Sequence record: PQ863253.1
Strand: one strand, 5' to 3'
Length of the DNA stretch: 64,000 bases
Origin: Escherichia phage Ptacy1496
The position numbers were made by a program, and so were the translations under genes. Below, one piece after another: positions 60,816 through 64,000 of the stretch (position 1 is its first letter; the number at the start of each line of letters is the position of its first letter). The notes under the pieces were generated by a model. That model was not told the DNA's origin. It ran no database searches and worked only from the letters and a program-made list of their open reading frames with translations.

Positions 60816-61277
60816 TCATTGAGTTTTAATTACTGCTTTAGAAGCCTTTCCTGGTAAACGACGACTATTGATAATTGCCATCCTGCATTGAAGCGACGGG
60901 TCTTTGAACTTCGCATTAGGTTTACAAACTGTAAATCCAAGCCAAAGATTTCCATCTGTGATTTCTAAACGTCCAGGACGGTATTCAACCCCATCAATAA
61001 AATCCTCATCAATGTCAGGACGCGGAGGCATACTCAGGAATTCATTAACTTCTAAAACATGGTCTTTTATTTTGTGGAATAATTCAAAAACATATGTCTC
61101 ATCAATCTCCCGTTGAATTGCACGATCAAGAAGATGCTGAGAATATTTTAGATGAAACGATGAGACCCCTGCTGCTTTTGATGCCTCACGAATCTCATTG
61201 TTAATTTGACGAAACTCCGACTCAAAGTGACGACGAAGCTTATTTCGACGGATAAAAACTTCTGTATTGATAGTCAT
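60816..61277 (-). CDS. regB: endoribonuclease RegB
   Basis: 153 aa as in T4 RegB. Confidence 0.9.
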   Translation of the reverse strand: MTINTEVFIRRNKLRRHFESEFRQINNEIREASKAAGVSSFHLKYSQHLLDRAIQREIDETYVFELFHKIKDHVLEVNEFLSMPPRPDIDEDFIDGVEYRPGRLEITDGNLWLGFTVCKPNAKFKDPSLQCRMAIINSRRLPGKASKAVIKTQ

Positions 61278-61304
61278 GTTGTTCTCCTCTTAACTGATAG
61301 AAAA

Positions 61305-61334
61305 ATTATACCACAGTCAAGAGGAAAAGTAAAC
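61305..61334 (-). promoter_or_regulatory. phage early promoter
   Basis: plus strand ATTATA-18nt-GTAAAC upstream of regB. Confidence 0.65.
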
Positions 61335-61336
61335 AG

Positions 61337-61615
61337 TTATTCTTTAAATCTAATCAATTTATTCATAGACTTTGAAACTTCTGCACGAACCTCATGTAGA
61401 TTTTTGAGCTGTTCAAGACGCTGCTCATAGTAAGCAATTTCATCTTCTTCGAGACAGTCCTGTGAATCTTCTTTAAGATACCGTGCATAGTCCTGGAAAG
61501 CGTTACGGACTACTTCCTGGAAGTCATCAAGACTTTGAATTTTCTTAGGAGCAGCAGACACACGACGAGGGGCAGTATAATACTCATAACCAAACCCTGC
61601 GCTTAATTGAGCCAT
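61337..61615 (-). CDS. hypothetical protein (vs.3/vs.4 region)
   Basis: ORF track 61337..61657; start moved to MAQLSAGFG (92 aa). Confidence 0.4.
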   Translation of the reverse strand: MAQLSAGFGYEYYTAPRRVSAAPKKIQSLDDFQEVVRNAFQDYARYLKEDSQDCLEEDEIAYYEQRLEQLKNLHEVRAEVSKSMNKLIRFKE

Positions 61616-61917
61616 TAATATTTTTCCTCTGGTTGGAACACAGCACGACAAGCCCACATACTGGCTTCTTTGAGTTTCATTTTAGCAATAGCTAACTGAT
61701 CGAGGCTTTCAGCATAATTCTTCGCGAGTTCAAAGTCTTCGCAATTATCTAGTGCTTCCCAGAATTCATCATATAAAGCATCAAAGATAAGTCCTAAACG
61801 AACTTCAGCGTCTTTAATAGCATTTACTTTACCGATTTTTTCGTCGGTATGTGGCTTATAACCTTTAATATCTTCAATCATATTTGACTTCCTCACCAGT
61901 ACATAAATCGTATTCAA
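61615..61917 (-). CDS. hypothetical protein (vs.4 position; T4 vs.4 is the cyclic-nucleotide sponge Acb2)
   Basis: 100 aa ORF; assignment positional only. Confidence 0.35.
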   Translation of the reverse strand: MNTIYVLVRKSNMIEDIKGYKPHTDEKIGKVNAIKDAEVRLGLIFDALYDEFWEALDNCEDFELAKNYAESLDQLAIAKMKLKEASMWACRAVFQPEEKY

Positions 61918-62095
61918 CTAAACGAATAGGTTCATGAATGCCATATCCCTGAACAGAAATTTCTGTCGTAGGATAAATTCCACTAATATCACCCATATTC
62001 CACGCTTCATTAAATTGCTGTTCGCCTGAATTACTAAACCATTCTGCGAAAGCATTTAACACATCTTTAGAACCTTCAATAATTATCTTTGCCAT
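61874..62095 (-). CDS. hypothetical protein
   Basis: 73 aa ORF. Confidence 0.35.
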   Translation of the reverse strand: MAKIIIEGSKDVLNAFAEWFSNSGEQQFNEAWNMGDISGIYPTTEISVQGYGIHEPIRLVEYDLCTGEEVKYD

Positions 62096-62457
62096 TACAA
62101 GCTCTCAGTAAAGGTACGAGCGATAACGTCGCGCTGCTGTTCCGGAGTCAGAGAGTTAAAGCGAACTGCATAACCGGATACACGGATGGTCAGCTGCGGA
62201 TATTTTTCCGGATGCTTAACTGCATCTTCCAGAGTTTCACGACGCAGAACGTTAACGTTCAGGTGTTGACCACCTTCAATTTTAACTGTAGGCTGTTGCT
62301 CAATTTCAATTTCACGGGCATGCAAACCATAGAAAATTTCTGGGTCTACAAAAGAGTCCTCTTTAAAGGTTTTAGAGACAATAATTCGTGCTTGAATACC
62401 ATCTTCAAAATAAATAGTACCTTTATGTGTGCCTTCAAGAATTTGATATGCTTTCAT
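62095..62457 (-). CDS. autonomous glycyl radical cofactor (GrcA/YfiD-like; T4 Y06I homologue)
   Basis: 120 aa; C-terminal ...[32 protein letters not shown] matches recalled E. coli GrcA; GC-rich 3' half. Confidence 0.85.
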   Translation of the reverse strand: MKAYQILEGTHKGTIYFEDGIQARIIVSKTFKEDSFVDPEIFYGLHAREIEIEQQPTVKIEGGQHLNVNVLRRETLEDAVKHPEKYPQLTIRVSGYAVRFNSLTPEQQRDVIARTFTESL

Positions 62458-62463
62458 ATAACC

Positions 62464-62793
62464 TCAATTAGAAAATAATTTTATCCAAGATTGTTCTTTA
62501 ATTAAAAATGGCTCAGAATCATATGCCATTAAACTTTGAGTAATTAATCCTTTAAATGGTCCATCAATAAATTCCATGGTAAAATATGGAATTTTATTCA
62601 TTAATCTTGCATTAGGAGCAGTGCACAAAACTCTGCATCCTTTGAATACACCTTTTTGTAATTTGTATTGCTTGGGATAAAATTCGCTCAAGACGTTGTT
62701 ATTTGCCAAAATTTCAAAATGATTCACCAATTTATTTTTAATAGTTTTTGGCGAAAAATAAAGATATTCGAAAAGTTGCGTATCTGTCATCAT
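62464..62793 (-). CDS. hypothetical protein
   Basis: ORF track 62464..62844; start moved to internal ATG abutting upstream gene. Confidence 0.4.
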   Translation of the reverse strand: MMTDTQLFEYLYFSPKTIKNKLVNHFEILANNNVLSEFYPKQYKLQKGVFKGCRVLCTAPNARLMNKIPYFTMEFIDGPFKGLITQSLMAYDSEPFLIKEQSWIKLFSN

Positions 62794-63329
62794 TGCATTC
62801 CAATTACGAAAAACTGCGGACGAGTAATACCGCCAATGCAGCATTTACTATTGCAGCAGTGTTGCACAGTTTCAATATGAATATCGTAAATCTTATCCAT
62901 ATCAGGAGATTTGACAGGCTCATCAATTATATACAAAATTCGCGAAAGCGATAAACCTCTGAACTTGCTTCCTTTATTACCAATAAAACTGCGTACAGAA
63001 TCAGTAAATAAACGAAAACGTATATCATCATTAGAATAACGTGAAAATTCCTTTTTAATGTTATTTGCAGAAATTTTAGCGTAAGCTGAAGTATTAGAAA
63101 GAACAATAACTGTTCCGCCATCATACAACCAATTAGCAGCAAAGTTAGTCACAGCAATTGATTTACCAGATTGACGTCCACCGTCTAGTCGAAGTGTGCA
63201 ATACTGTTTAAGCAAGTCTTCAAATGGCAGGATATATTCGTTTTTACAAATTTCTTCTACTCTAGCATCAGAATGGTGTGTAAAAGCATTCATCAGGGAT
63301 AGATAAGGACCAGTTAAAAATGTTCTCAT
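62790..63329 (-). CDS. small P-loop NTPase
   Basis: ORF track 62790..63377; start moved to MRTFLTGPY; Walker A GGRQSGKS, Walker B ILYIIDEP. Confidence 0.5.
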   Translation of the reverse strand: MRTFLTGPYLSLMNAFTHHSDARVEEICKNEYILPFEDLLKQYCTLRLDGGRQSGKSIAVTNFAANWLYDGGTVIVLSNTSAYAKISANNIKKEFSRYSNDDIRFRLFTDSVRSFIGNKGSKFRGLSLSRILYIIDEPVKSPDMDKIYDIHIETVQHCCNSKCCIGGITRPQFFVIGMQ

Positions 63330-63474
63330 TTTATTCTCTCTAAATTTGGGCCATTCCATGGCGCATGAATTGTCCATTTCTGTATTTACCCATTACCGCA
63401 CTTGGGCTCGACCTTATTACAGGTTGGTGGGAATCCCTCACAGAATCATGAGGTCCAGGTTATTCCCATGTTAT

Positions 63475-63891
63475 TTAAATGTAAATATTTTTGCCGTAAT
63501 ACTTATACCAGTGTGGCTTCATTAAAATTTTTTCATCGAGTCGTTGTTGACTCAACTTAATAGCTGATTTACATGGATTATAATCATTTTTCCATTCTAC
63601 TGGAATATCGCTGATGTCAGGAACTTCAGTATCTTTTATACTGAACCCGCGTTTTAAGCATTCCGTTATAATGTCCGATTGACGCTTTCGCAAAAATTCT
63701 AACTTATCGTAAAAGAAAGTAACATGACCAGAACCTAAAATAAATTTAGAAGATATTTTAAAATCTTTAACGCGCTTACCGTTTGCCACATGCTTACGAA
63801 CTATACCAAAAACACGCGGCAATTCACGGTATTCTGCGATTAAATGTTGATCAGCAAGTTCAGATACTAAAGTCAAATTAATACGAGTCAT
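63475..63891 (-). CDS. denV: endonuclease V (pyrimidine dimer DNA glycosylase)
   Basis: 138 aa; [17 protein letters not shown]... matches recalled T4 DenV. Confidence 0.95.
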   Translation of the reverse strand: MTRINLTLVSELADQHLIAEYRELPRVFGIVRKHVANGKRVKDFKISSKFILGSGHVTFFYDKLEFLRKRQSDIITECLKRGFSIKDTEVPDISDIPVEWKNDYNPCKSAIKLSQQRLDEKILMKPHWYKYYGKNIYI

Positions 63892-63916
63892 TTTATCCCT
63901 CCAAGTAACTGTGAAT

Positions 63917-63946
63917 ATACTATCACAATTCTAGGAGAAAGTAAAC
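63917..63946 (-). promoter_or_regulatory. phage early promoter (TAGTAT -10)
   Basis: plus strand ATACTA-18nt-GTAAAC upstream of denV. Confidence 0.5.
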
Positions 63947-64000
63947 AACTTTATAGATTTTTATACGCGTCCCAAGTGCCAGTTCTAAACGTTGCAATGA

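Noticed and set aside
62089-62478. 129-aa plus-strand ORF opposite the GrcA-like gene
   Set aside because: Artefact of the GC-rich host-like segment lacking stop codons; the minus-strand frame has a clear glycyl-radical motif.

Overview
This window is a 64-kb stretch of a T4-like (T-even, Tevenvirinae) coliphage genome, collinear with the T4 early region from rIIA (1..2178) through denV (63475..63891). All but one of the supported genes are on the minus strand. Recognisable genes include rIIA, topoisomerase gp39, dexA, dda, modA/modB, soc, gp56, dam, gp61, sp, dmd, gp41, uvsX, gp42, imm, gp43, regA, gp62/44/45, gp46/47, alpha-gt, gp55, nrdH/G/D, gp49, nrdC, rI, tk, regB and denV. Fifteen phage early promoters (GTTTAC, 18 nt, TATAAT-like) and eleven UUCG-type hairpin terminators punctuate the minus strand. 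The phage looks T2/T6-like rather than T4 itself: gene 39 is one continuous ORF (no gene 60 split or bypass), nrdD is intact (no intron), no segF/mobA/mobD-like genes are seen, and a GT-A-type glycosyltransferase sits where T4 has beta-gt. The most interesting unexplained content is in the nrdC-to-rI hyperplastic region (46-57 kb): an operon with a Pol-beta-type nucleotidyltransferase, a membrane protein and two paralogues; a P-loop ATPase with a DUF4031-like gene; and a tandem array of four ~300-340 aa genes each ending in a coiled coil. Other candidates are a PD-(D/E)xK-like ORF translationally coupled to dam with a convergent small membrane ORF, a macro-domain protein near tk, and a 133-bp partial gene duplication next to a degenerate HNH-like ORF. 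All calls rest on reading the sequence and recalled protein families; no database search was run, and many T4 gene names for small ORFs are positional guesses.
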